Part shown: piece by piece, positions 18,172-26,519 of the stretch
Position numbering within the stretch: the stretch's first letter is position 1
How the letters are laid out: every line of letters starts with the position of its first letter
Assembly (NCBI GenBank): GCA_014729395.1
Contig: WJJZ01000010.1
Location: 23,901-87,900, forward strand
Source: Candidatus Magasanikiibacteriota bacterium
GTDB lineage: Bacteria > Patescibacteriota > Patescibacteriia > Magasanikbacterales > UBA922
Direction: 5' to 3'
Length of the DNA stretch: 64,000 nucleotides
The notes under the pieces: model-generated
Told to the model about the DNA's origin: nothing
Seen by the model: only the letters and a program-made list of their open reading frames with translations
Databases searched by the model: none
Translations under genes and position numbers: made by a program

Positions 18172-18591
18172 TTATCCGACTTTCTCCCGTGCCGCCATTG
18201 ATGCGGCATTGTGATACAGGCCGTGAGCTTCTTCTGAGTCAAGGCAAACTTTCAGAGGGACTACGTCGCTTCTTTCTCTTTCAAGCATCATGACCAAGCG
18301 AGAAATATTACTCTTCATCCCCAGCATAAGTTTTCCCGAATCATCCAATAAATTCCTATAGTTCTCAATTTCTTGATCACACTCATCAAGGTCTTCAGGA
18401 TGAAGGATTTTGGGTTTCTTGTGTAAACCGGATGAAATGTATATACCTTGCAAAATTTTCGTTATCTCACACAAATGTCGCTTGACCCTGCGAAGTTCCA
18501 GTACGAGTTCTTTTTTCTCGTTCACGGTGCACCTCCTATGCACAAAGGTTTGTAAAAAACTGTTGTTTATTATATAATCATGGTTTATCAT
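18172..18591 (-). CDS. Hypothetical protein
   Basis: ORF downstream of folD on the same strand. Confidence 0.35.
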   Translation of the reverse strand: MINHDYIINNSFLQTFVHRRCTVNEKKELVLELRRVKRHLCEITKILQGIYISSGLHKKPKILHPEDLDECDQEIENYRNLLDDSGKLMLGMKSNISRLVMMLERERSDVVPLKVCLDSEEAHGLYHNAASMAAREKVG

Positions 18592-18606
18592 AAAAAAGTC
18601 AATCTG

Positions 18607-19458
18607 TCAAGATCCCTTTACATCTCGCCCGGCACACATTACTGTGTTCAAAAGCAATCTTGCTACAGTAATCGGACCGATTCCGCCCGGGGTTGGAGTT
18701 ACATAGTCGGCCTTTTTTTTCACCTCTTCAAAATCAACATCACCGCGAATTTTATTTTCATCAAAGTGGATACCGGTATCGATTACTATCGTACCATCAC
18801 TCACCATGTCGGCCGACAAAATATCTTTCTTTCCAACTGCTGTTGCTATTACATCAGCTCGCAAGCATTTTTCTTTTATATTTTTTGTAAATTCATTGCA
18901 GGTGGTTACACTCGCCCCGGCATTTATCATCATAATGGCCAAAGGTTTACCAACCAAGGCTCCTGTCCCGATGATTATCACCTCTTTCCCTTTGACATTA
19001 AAATTTATTTCTTCAAGAACATTCATAACAGCGGCCGGTGTGGGTGGAGTAATATAGTTGGTGTGCTTAACCAGTTTACCCAAATTAGCATCGGTCAAAC
19101 AGTCAACATCAAGCTCCGGTTTTATGGCGTTTAAGACTCTGGGTGTGTATAGGTGATCCGGTAATGGAATTTGTACAATTAGTCCGCTTAAAGTTTTATC
19201 AGACTGAATTTTTTCTATTTCTTTTACAATATCTTCCATAGAAATATCAGCGTCAAAATGAAATAGTTCAAACTCAATCCCAACACTGCCGGCAGCTTGT
19301 TCTTTTTTCTTTACATATTTTTTTGAAGGCTTGTCATCACCAATCAAAACAACCGCCAGCTTGGTATTAATCCCCTGCTTTTTCAGCTCTTTTACTTTTG
19401 TCGCTGTTTTCTGATTGATTTTTTTTGCAATCGCCTTGCCGTCAATAATATTATTCAT
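18607..19458 (-). CDS. folD: Bifunctional methylenetetrahydrofolate dehydrogenase/cyclohydrolase
   Basis: Full-length FolD: KKYV, PLP..L, GTGALVGKP and TPTPGGIGP motifs. Confidence 0.9.
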   Translation of the reverse strand: MNNIIDGKAIAKKINQKTATKVKELKKQGINTKLAVVLIGDDKPSKKYVKKKEQAAGSVGIEFELFHFDADISMEDIVKEIEKIQSDKTLSGLIVQIPLPDHLYTPRVLNAIKPELDVDCLTDANLGKLVKHTNYITPPTPAAVMNVLEEINFNVKGKEVIIIGTGALVGKPLAIMMINAGASVTTCNEFTKNIKEKCLRADVIATAVGKKDILSADMVSDGTIVIDTGIHFDENKIRGDVDFEEVKKKADYVTPTPGGIGPITVARLLLNTVMCAGRDVKGS

Positions 19459-19513
19459 ATTTTATTACAATATAGAGGTCTCTATACTAGCACAAGAATA
19501 TAATTATTTCAAG

Positions 19514-19544
19514 TAAAAAACCGCTCTGTAGAGCGGTTTATTTT
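19514..19544 (-). terminator. Intrinsic terminator (ACCGCUC-UACA-GAGCGGU + U-run)
   Basis: Downstream of the minus gene ending at 19547. Confidence 0.5.
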
Positions 19545-19546
19545 AT

Positions 19547-20191
19547 CTAGCAACCCAATTCCGACAGACAATTTTGTCTTCCTTCCTCGCTTTGTTCAAA
19601 ATCGCATATCGAGCACATATCCTCTGAATTACTAAAATCCATATTCTCTAAAGTATTGGTAAAATTTTCAATCTGATCCAGAAAATCCGCAAACTCAACA
19701 TCTTTTGGCGGAATCAATAGTGAACTGTCTTTTTTCCATTTTTTACAACTAAAATCAAATTTTTCCTCCAAATCAACTTTTCCACCTTGGGCCAAATCTG
19801 AATTTTCTTTATATTTCTCTCCCATATCCTCCATTTCTTTTATGTTCATTTTTAAACCACTCTCCTGCTCGGTTGACCAAGTATAAATCCATTCGCCATC
19901 GCTTATCATATGGAACTTCATATCCTGCATACCTTCTCCGGTCATTGTGATTTCGCTATCCACTCTAAATCTTTCTCCATCTATATACATTGTTTGTTTA
20001 TACTCCCCTTCTGTTTCTTCATCCAATAAATTCATCTCACATTTTAAAGTTTTACCCATGCTCATCATTTCTTTTAATGATGTTTGATCATAATCTTTAT
20101 ATTCTTCTTCTTGTTCCACCTGAGGCTGATTAGCGTTATTTGATGAAGTCTCATCATTTTTATCACAGGCTCCGCCGACACTGATTCCCAA
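19547..20191 (-). CDS. Hypothetical secreted/lipoprotein-like protein
   Basis: ORF; the in-frame upstream extension encodes a signal-peptide-like KITLLISIIFVLGISVGGAC, so the start is probably upstream of the reported TTG with a non-ATG codon. Confidence 0.35.
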   Translation of the reverse strand: MGISVGGACDKNDETSSNNANQPQVEQEEEYKDYDQTSLKEMMSMGKTLKCEMNLLDEETEGEYKQTMYIDGERFRVDSEITMTGEGMQDMKFHMISDGEWIYTWSTEQESGLKMNIKEMEDMGEKYKENSDLAQGGKVDLEEKFDFSCKKWKKDSSLLIPPKDVEFADFLDQIENFTNTLENMDFSNSEDMCSICDFEQSEEGRQNCLSELGC

Positions 20192-20440
20192 AACGAATAT
20201 TATTGATATTAATAGTGTAATTTTTTCATATATATTTAATTAATAATACAAAGATGAATATATTTAAATTTATTTGCGAAATTTATTATATCATATACAA
20301 ATAAACAGCGCACGCTAAGCTATAGTTATAAAAAAATAATAAAAGCTGTTTTTTTGTTGAAGTTTTATACTGGAATAATAACACCTGTTCTGGACAAAGG
20401 CAAGAATGGTAAGTTAAAATCTATTTTTTAAAGTGTCTAG

Positions 20441-20465
20441 GCAAAAACCGACTCTTCAGTCGGTT
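20441..20465 (-). terminator. Intrinsic terminator (AACCGACU..AGUCGGUU + U5)
   Basis: Minus-strand hairpin downstream of the gene ending at 20510. Confidence 0.4.
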
Positions 20466-20509
20466 ATGTACTCCGCTCCCTATGTAGGACGATTTTCGAA
20501 CTGTTTTGG

Positions 20510-21088
20510 CTAATTTAGATATTCATTAATTTGTTTAAGTGCTTCATCATGTTCCTTTTTATGTCCCCCTATTCCAGTTGTTATTTCCAATATTTCTTTT
20601 GCTCTTTGAACATATTCTTTCCAATCCTCTTCTTCATTAAGATACTTGCACTCACCAATAGCAAACCAAGTAAACGGAAACTTGGGATAATCTACAATTG
20701 CAATCTTGTACTTATTCATTGATTCTTTTGTACATCTATATTTTATCAAATCATTTTGTTTAAAATAAGTACCTTCTAGTAGTTTGTACAACGAGTCATT
20801 TGTGCCAAATCCCGTATTGTCCAAATCTTGGGTAAAGCCATTAAAACCAAGCTTTGATATATAAAAATATTCTTTAACATCATCTATTTCTTTATCCTTT
20901 TTTGTTAAATCATCTTTTAATCTTTCGATCTCTGTATGAGTGCTGGCGATATTAATCACAGCGATTGTGGCGGACAAAATTATAATTATTGCAAATAATA
21001 TTTTAACCATTTTTTTATTTGCAAATTTTGTCAATCCCACCAAAGACACCGACGTTGCAAATATAACTACTAAAAATTCCAAAAACAT
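20510..21088 (-). CDS. Hypothetical membrane protein
   Basis: Two N-terminal TM helices. Confidence 0.35.
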   Translation of the reverse strand: MFLEFLVVIFATSVSLVGLTKFANKKMVKILFAIIIILSATIAVINIASTHTEIERLKDDLTKKDKEIDDVKEYFYISKLGFNGFTQDLDNTGFGTNDSLYKLLEGTYFKQNDLIKYRCTKESMNKYKIAIVDYPKFPFTWFAIGECKYLNEEEDWKEYVQRAKEILEITTGIGGHKKEHDEALKQINEYLN

Positions 21089-21148
21089 ATTTTAATATAA
21101 AACAATCGAGCGCAACCTCGTTTGTTTTTAACCCAAACGGGTCACTAG

Positions 21149-21219
21149 CTCGGGAGCAGGGATTTGAACCCCGATAGCCAGGACCAGAACCTGGAGTCCT
21201 ACCATTAGACGACTCCCGA
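21149..21219 (-). tRNA. tRNA-Gln (anticodon CUG)
   Basis: Hand-folded cloverleaf with 7-bp acceptor UCGGGAG/CUCCCGA, D-arm GUCU/GGAC, anticodon stem CCAGG/CCUGG with loop UUCUGGU, T-arm CGGGG-UUCAAAU-CCCUG and discriminator G; CCA is not encoded. Confidence 0.75.
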
Positions 21220-21240
21220 ATTTTTTTACAATAACGCTAT

Positions 21241-22842
21241 TCAGACTACTTCTCCGCCAAAAGCGGCAGCCAATTTATGAATTTCATCATTATTGTCATT
21301 TGATTTTAACGAATCTTCCGGACTATCCATTTCAACTTCAAAACAAATTTCGCAATCAAGCAGTTTGCCCAATTTAGTCCTAACACTTTCACAAAAACTA
21401 CCACTATCCAGTTTATCTTTGTAAATCGCAAAAGCGGTACTTAGTTTAATATTATTATCCGTTACCGCCTTTGGTGTACAATTTTTCAAAACTATGGCCA
21501 ATGATGGCGACTCTGATTCGGTTTGTATTATTAATTCTTTCCATTTTTTAACCACTTTGTCAAGGTCAAGGTTTGTTTTTGTAGATTTTTTATTACTTGT
21601 GAGCTCTTTATCTTCGATAGTATTCTTGACTGAATTATTTGGATTATCGTTATTTGTACTCAGCTCTTCTTTTTCAGAATTAGCATCTTTACTGTCTTTT
21701 TTATTGTTTTCATCGGTATTATCATCTTTTTTGTCCAAATTCTCTTCCGGCTGATTTTCTGCCGCTCTATCCAACAATAATAATTCCAAAGGCAGTTGCG
21801 GCAATGGAGAGCTGCTGATATTGTTTTTTCTTGCTATTGCCATATCAATTATTTTCACCAATTCACTATCATCAATCATCGTTGATAATTCTTTTATTTT
21901 TTTTAATACAGTCTTGCTCAAATCCAGTCCAATACTTTGCATTTTTATATTATGTTTGGCAATAACCATAACTCGCAGCAATTCAATTAAATCATGAAAA
22001 AACTGTTTAATGTTGACACCTTCTTGGACTTGTCTGTTAATCAACTCCAACCCGTCGCCAATTCTCTTATTTATTAATATTTCCAAAAAATCATATACAT
22101 CTTCCACATTGGAAATCGGCAAAACAAGTGCTGCTATGTCGGTTGATATATTCTTTTCACCTGTTGCCATAATTTGATCCAGCAAACTGACCGCATCTCT
22201 CACACAACCATCGCTTTTATTTATTATTCTCTCAACCACATCTTTATCGATTTTTACTCCTTCTTTTTTACTGATATTTTTTAAGTGTGCAGCTAACTCA
22301 TCATATGGAACTTTATGAAAATTAAATCGCTGACACCGAGAAATTATTGTTTCCGGAATCTTGTGCAATTCGGTTGTCGCCAAAACAAATATCACATGCT
22401 CGGGTGGTTCTTCCAGTGTCTTCAAAAGCGCATTAAACGCACTGGTCGAAAGCATGTGAACTTCGTCTATTATAAAAACCTTATATTTTGATTTTGTAGG
22501 TTTAAACTGTGCATTATCTATAATATTTTCCCGAACATTATCTACTCCCGTATGACTGGCCGCATCTATTTCTATTATATCGATCGCTCTTGAATTTTTG
22601 ATATCAACGCAGGAATCACAATCATTACAAGGTTCGGACTCGTTTTCCTTTCTTTTTTCGCAATTTACCGCCATAGCCAAAATACGAGCAATTGTAGTTT
22701 TACCAATACCCCTGGCTCCGGAAAAAAGATAAGCATGGCTGATAGTGTTAGCCATAACCTGGTTGGATATTGTTTTGGTAACATGAGATTGTCCTACGAC
22801 TTCAGTGAATTTTTGTGGTCGATGAGTGTGATATAGGGCCAT
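21241..22842 (-). CDS. dnaX: DNA polymerase III subunit gamma/tau
   Basis: GARGIGKTT Walker A, CxxC zinc module, DEVHML and SRCQ motifs; low-complexity C-terminal region. Confidence 0.9.
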   Translation of the reverse strand: MALYHTHRPQKFTEVVGQSHVTKTISNQVMANTISHAYLFSGARGIGKTTIARILAMAVNCEKRKENESEPCNDCDSCVDIKNSRAIDIIEIDAASHTGVDNVRENIIDNAQFKPTKSKYKVFIIDEVHMLSTSAFNALLKTLEEPPEHVIFVLATTELHKIPETIISRCQRFNFHKVPYDELAAHLKNISKKEGVKIDKDVVERIINKSDGCVRDAVSLLDQIMATGEKNISTDIAALVLPISNVEDVYDFLEILINKRIGDGLELINRQVQEGVNIKQFFHDLIELLRVMVIAKHNIKMQSIGLDLSKTVLKKIKELSTMIDDSELVKIIDMAIARKNNISSSPLPQLPLELLLLDRAAENQPEENLDKKDDNTDENNKKDSKDANSEKEELSTNNDNPNNSVKNTIEDKELTSNKKSTKTNLDLDKVVKKWKELIIQTESESPSLAIVLKNCTPKAVTDNNIKLSTAFAIYKDKLDSGSFCESVRTKLGKLLDCEICFEVEMDSPEDSLKSNDNNDEIHKLAAAFGGEVV

Positions 22843-23016
22843 AAAATGGCTTAATTAAGCGTAAAAAAAATTTATAAATTCAATATTGAATTACAGTCAA
22901 AGCAATCGCTATTATATAACAAATTATCCAGTTGGTAAATGGCTATATTTTTTTATTGCCTTTAGGTATATGTTGTGTTATACTGTGGATAAGTTTATTT
23001 TTAATATAAAAAACTT

Positions 23017-23274
23017 ATGCCAAGGAAAGCTAATCCAGCTCTAATGAAGCCAATGAAGTTGAGTGAAGAATTAGAAGCTGTAGTTGGTAAAGGTCCGATG
23101 CCACGCTCCCAAGTGGTCAAGAAAATGTGGGAATATATTAAGAAGCATGATTTACAAAATCCTGAAAACAAAAGAAATATCATGGCTGACGATAAATTAA
23201 GACCAATATTCAATGGCAAAGATGAGGTTAGCATGTTTGAAATGACAAAATTGGTATCCGGTCATTTGAGCTAA
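23017..23274 (+). CDS. SWIB/MDM2 domain protein
   Basis: 85 aa; MKPMKLSEELEAVVG..MPRSQVVKKMWEYIKKHDLQNPENKR is a classic SWIB domain. Confidence 0.7.
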   Translation: MPRKANPALMKPMKLSEELEAVVGKGPMPRSQVVKKMWEYIKKHDLQNPENKRNIMADDKLRPIFNGKDEVSMFEMTKLVSGHLS

Positions 23275-23290
23275 ATAAAATAATAAATTA

Positions 23291-23314
23291 CCCCGCTCTT
23301 ATGCGGGGTTTTTT
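23291..23314. terminator. Intrinsic terminator CCCCGC-UCUUAU-GCGGGG + U6
   Basis: Lies between convergent SWIB (+) and dus (-) genes. Confidence 0.6.
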
Positions 23315-24261
23315 ATTTTTCTCAATATTATCTCCAAATCTTTCCGACTCCTTACTTTCACCAACTCGGATCTGATTTTTTTTATATTCCTGATTCCGGG
23401 CATTCTGTTAGCTTTGAAATACCATAAAAGATGCTTCCTAAAACTGATAAGACTACCCTCTCCATAGTGTTTTTCGTGAAGCTCGCCATGTCGCAAAATT
23501 ACATTTATCTTTTGGTCCGAACTGATTTGTCGCTCCCCCTCTAAAAAAATCCAGGGATTACCCAAAGCTCCACGCCCGATCATTATCCCGTCCACCCCAC
23601 TCTGCCGAATGCATTCTTCCATATCGAAATTATTTTTAATATCCCCGTTAGCAATTACCGGTATGGACAAAATATTTTTGACTTTGCCGATTTGCTTCCA
23701 ATCCGATTGACCTTGAAAACCTTGTTTTCTTGTTCTTCCGTGGATACATATCAAATCTGCCCCCGCCTCTTGGAGCTTTGGTGCAAATTTTAAAATTTCC
23801 GCTTTGTCAGACCAGCCCAACCTGGTTTTTACACTTATTTCAACACCCAAATCCGCCCGTTTAAGAGATTTTATGATTGATACCGCCCTGTTATGGTCTT
23901 TTAGCAATGCCGCCCCCGCCAGACCTTTCTTTGCAATCTTAGGTACGGGACAACCCATGTTAATATCAATTCCATCAGGGGAAAACCTATCCATGATAAT
24001 TTTTGCGGATTCAGTTATTACTTTTGGCTCTGATCCGAACACTTGTTGAATAATTGGTCTTTCTTTATTACTAATTTTACACATCTTCAGTGTTTTTTCA
24101 TTTTCTCTAACAATTGCTTCACTGCTTACCATTTCACGATATATTATAAAATCATTTCCAGCAACTTCTCTACACACTGTACAAAAAGGAGCATCCGTCA
24201 TATCAGCCATGGGAGCAAGTATTTTTAAATATTTATTTTTTGTATTTTTTTCAAACCACAT
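23299..24261 (-). CDS. dus: tRNA-dihydrouridine synthase
   Basis: LAPMADMTD, NMGCP and HGRTR motifs of the Dus family. Confidence 0.85.
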   Translation of the reverse strand: MWFEKNTKNKYLKILAPMADMTDAPFCTVCREVAGNDFIIYREMVSSEAIVRENEKTLKMCKISNKERPIIQQVFGSEPKVITESAKIIMDRFSPDGIDINMGCPVPKIAKKGLAGAALLKDHNRAVSIIKSLKRADLGVEISVKTRLGWSDKAEILKFAPKLQEAGADLICIHGRTRKQGFQGQSDWKQIGKVKNILSIPVIANGDIKNNFDMEECIRQSGVDGIMIGRGALGNPWIFLEGERQISSDQKINVILRHGELHEKHYGEGSLISFRKHLLWYFKANRMPGIRNIKKIRSELVKVRSRKDLEIILRKIKNPA

Positions 24262-24318
24262 ACAATAATATGCTATAATTAAAACAATATATCATTATTC
24301 CTTAATATTCAAGTATCT

Positions 24319-25488
24319 ATGGAATTTACTGGAAACACTTTGTTAATTTTATTAATTATATTGTCAATCGGACTTATCGTTCCGGAACTGGTAAAAAGAA
24401 TCCGCCTACCCTATGTATCCGTAATCATTTTGGCCGGCGCATTGCTGGGACCAAACGGTTTAAATTACATTGAATTTAATGAAACAATATATTTTCTCGG
24501 CTTTTTGGGAATGACATTTCTTATGTTAATGGCCGGTTTGGAAAGTGATTTGGATAATATTACAAAATCAAAGTATAAAATATTTATAATGGCTTTTTTG
24601 AACGGTTTTATACCTTTTATATCAGGCATAGTAATTGCCACTTTATTCGGTTATGATATCGCTACCAGCCTACTCATCGGAGTTGTTTTTATTTCGTCCT
24701 CGGTAGCTGTCATTGTACCCCTTTTGGAAGGTAAAGGCGGCATTAAAAAAAGCTCAGCCAATCTCATGCTTTCGGCTGTCATGGTAACCGATATTATCTC
24801 TCTTATCGCGCTAGGTTTTATCTTTCAAAATACAGATAAAATAACGCTATTACCCCTACCCTTTTATTATATTATTCTTTTTATATCTTTACCCGTACTA
24901 TTTTATATTGTACCAAAATTTACCAATTTTGAATTAAGAAAAAGATTCCACAAACAAGACAAATTAGAAAGTAGAATAAGATTTATTATAGTAATTTTAA
25001 TAGGTGTACTGGTTTATTTTAGCGTACTAGGAATGCACCCAATATTAGCTGCGTTTTTGGCGGGATTATCTCTTTCCGGAGTTATTAAAAAAGATAAATC
25101 AGGTTTAATCTTTGCCAAGATACATACTATTGGCTACGGTTTGTTCGTACCGGTATTCTTTTTTATCGTTGGTATGGACATTGACTTATCAATATTTACA
25201 GAATTAAATTATTCATTATTGCTTATTTTTGCAATAATTGCCGGATCTATTCTAAGTAAGTTTTTTAGCGGTTTTATCGCCGGAAAATTGGCAAAACTCA
25301 ACAACAAAGAATCCACCCTATTCGGATCAATAACCACCACTCAGCTCACAACCACTCTTGCGGTAACCTATACCGCTTCTTCACTCGGTCTCATAGACTC
25401 AAATTTAAATACCGCAATCGTATTGCTCGCGGTTATAACAACATTTATGGGACCAACTATGTTTTTGTGGTTTTCAAAAAATAAATAA
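24319..25488 (+). CDS. Cation:proton antiporter (CPA family, Kef/NhaP-like)
   Basis: About 12 TM helices; the N-terminal LGPNGL..MAGLE region is typical of CPA1/2. Confidence 0.7.
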   Translation: MEFTGNTLLILLIILSIGLIVPELVKRIRLPYVSVIILAGALLGPNGLNYIEFNETIYFLGFLGMTFLMLMAGLESDLDNITKSKYKIFIMAFLNGFIPFISGIVIATLFGYDIATSLLIGVVFISSSVAVIVPLLEGKGGIKKSSANLMLSAVMVTDIISLIALGFIFQNTDKITLLPLPFYYIILFISLPVLFYIVPKFTNFELRKRFHKQDKLESRIRFIIVILIGVLVYFSVLGMHPILAAFLAGLSLSGVIKKDKSGLIFAKIHTIGYGLFVPVFFFIVGMDIDLSIFTELNYSLLLIFAIIAGSILSKFFSGFIAGKLAKLNNKESTLFGSITTTQLTTTLAVTYTASSLGLIDSNLNTAIVLLAVITTFMGPTMFLWFSKNK

Positions 25489-25589
25489 ACTTATCCACAA
25501 TTAAAAAATAATTTATTTAAGTCCAGCAAAAAATTTTTATATTTGCATAAAAGAATTCTACATGTCATAATATAAACATTAAAACTACG

Positions 25590-25828
25590 ACTTACCTGTG
25601 GAAGTTGGGTTAAATTCCCACACTGTGCCGCAACGGTAATCCGTCTTCGTCACGCTTTGAAGTGACTATACCGGACAAGATCTCATCTCACTGGGACTTG
25701 ACCGGGCAGCCCTATACAAAGTTTAGGGTGAAGTCGGGAGTCCGGTCTTCAGATAAGTTAATTGATCCTCTGGATCAATCCCGAGCAGGATATATATACA
25801 CACAACTTGCCTTCCGGGAAGTTTTTTA
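25590..25828 (+). promoter_or_regulatory. Candidate cobalamin riboswitch-like leader with intrinsic terminator expression platform
   Basis: GC-rich 240 nt in an AT-rich genome. Resembles the cobalamin core: GGUUAAAUUCC (cf. GGUGnnAAUCC), CACACUGU / CUCACUGGGA (cf. GCCACUG) and GACUUGACCGGGCAGCC (B12-box-like). Ends in hairpin AACUUGCCUUCCGGGAAGUU + U6 (25804-25827), 25 nt before the ATG at 25851. Downstream genes are DUF4430 and alpha/alpha-toroid proteins. Confidence 0.35.
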
Positions 25829-25850
25829 GTTGCTTATTTAAGAAAAAAAC

Positions 25851-26519
25851 ATGATCAAAAAATTTATTCAAAATAATAAATTTACATTGTTCATTTGGTT
25901 TAGCATGTTAATTTTAATGTTTGTAACAGGATATTATACTTATGAGGATAAAATTAACTTTTACAAAGCTCTTTCAAAAATAAATATAGAAGCTAAAAGT
26001 ATACAAAACTCTATACAAAATATAGAAATAGACAAAAATTCAGAAAATGCTCTTTTAGAAAATAATTTAGATGAAAGTAGCTCTTATCTTAAGCCATCCT
26101 CAACGAAAGTATACACTACTGTAGACAATTTTAAGATATCACAGGATGGTTCTGTTGCTACAAGTAATCCAAAAACAAACAATAATACAGAAAATAAGAC
26201 AAATCTTACATCCACTGAAAATTTGTCTATCACTCTCAAGGTCAATAATAAACAATATTTGGCTAAACTAAACAACAGCAGTACTGTATACGATCTAATG
26301 GAACACTTGCAAGAAGAAAGTGATTTTAAATTTAGTGGAGTTGAGTATGATTATTTAGGCTTTTTCGTTGAGTCTATAGCGAATATAAAAAATGATCCTT
26401 ACACCGGAAAATATTGGATATACTATGTAAACAATAAAAAAGCGACCATGGGCATATCCAATAGGCTATTAAAAAATAATGACGTAATCGAATGGAAATA
26501 TGAACAAGAGGAACTATAA
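25851..26519 (+). CDS. DUF4430-domain protein (beta-domain like that of transcobalamin/intrinsic factor), N-terminal TM anchor
   Basis: C-terminal 80 aa (LKVNNKQY..YWIYYVNNKKATMGIS..NNDVIEWKYE) fit the DUF4430 beta-grasp pattern; N-terminal TM helix. Confidence 0.5.
   Translation: MIKKFIQNNKFTLFIWFSMLILMFVTGYYTYEDKINFYKALSKINIEAKSIQNSIQNIEIDKNSENALLENNLDESSSYLKPSSTKVYTTVDNFKISQDGSVATSNPKTNNNTENKTNLTSTENLSITLKVNNKQYLAKLNNSSTVYDLMEHLQEESDFKFSGVEYDYLGFFVESIANIKNDPYTGKYWIYYVNNKKATMGISNRLLKNNDVIEWKYEQEEL

Noticed and set aside
25560-25850. tmRNA, RNase P RNA or SRP RNA identity for the GC-rich element
   Set aside because: There are no GGGG...CCA tRNA-like ends or tag-peptide ORF (tmRNA). P4-like AGUCCGG and CCGGAC segments are in the wrong order for RNase P. 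No GGAAGCAGC helix-8 motif (SRP). The terminator immediately before an ATG fits a cis-regulatory leader better.
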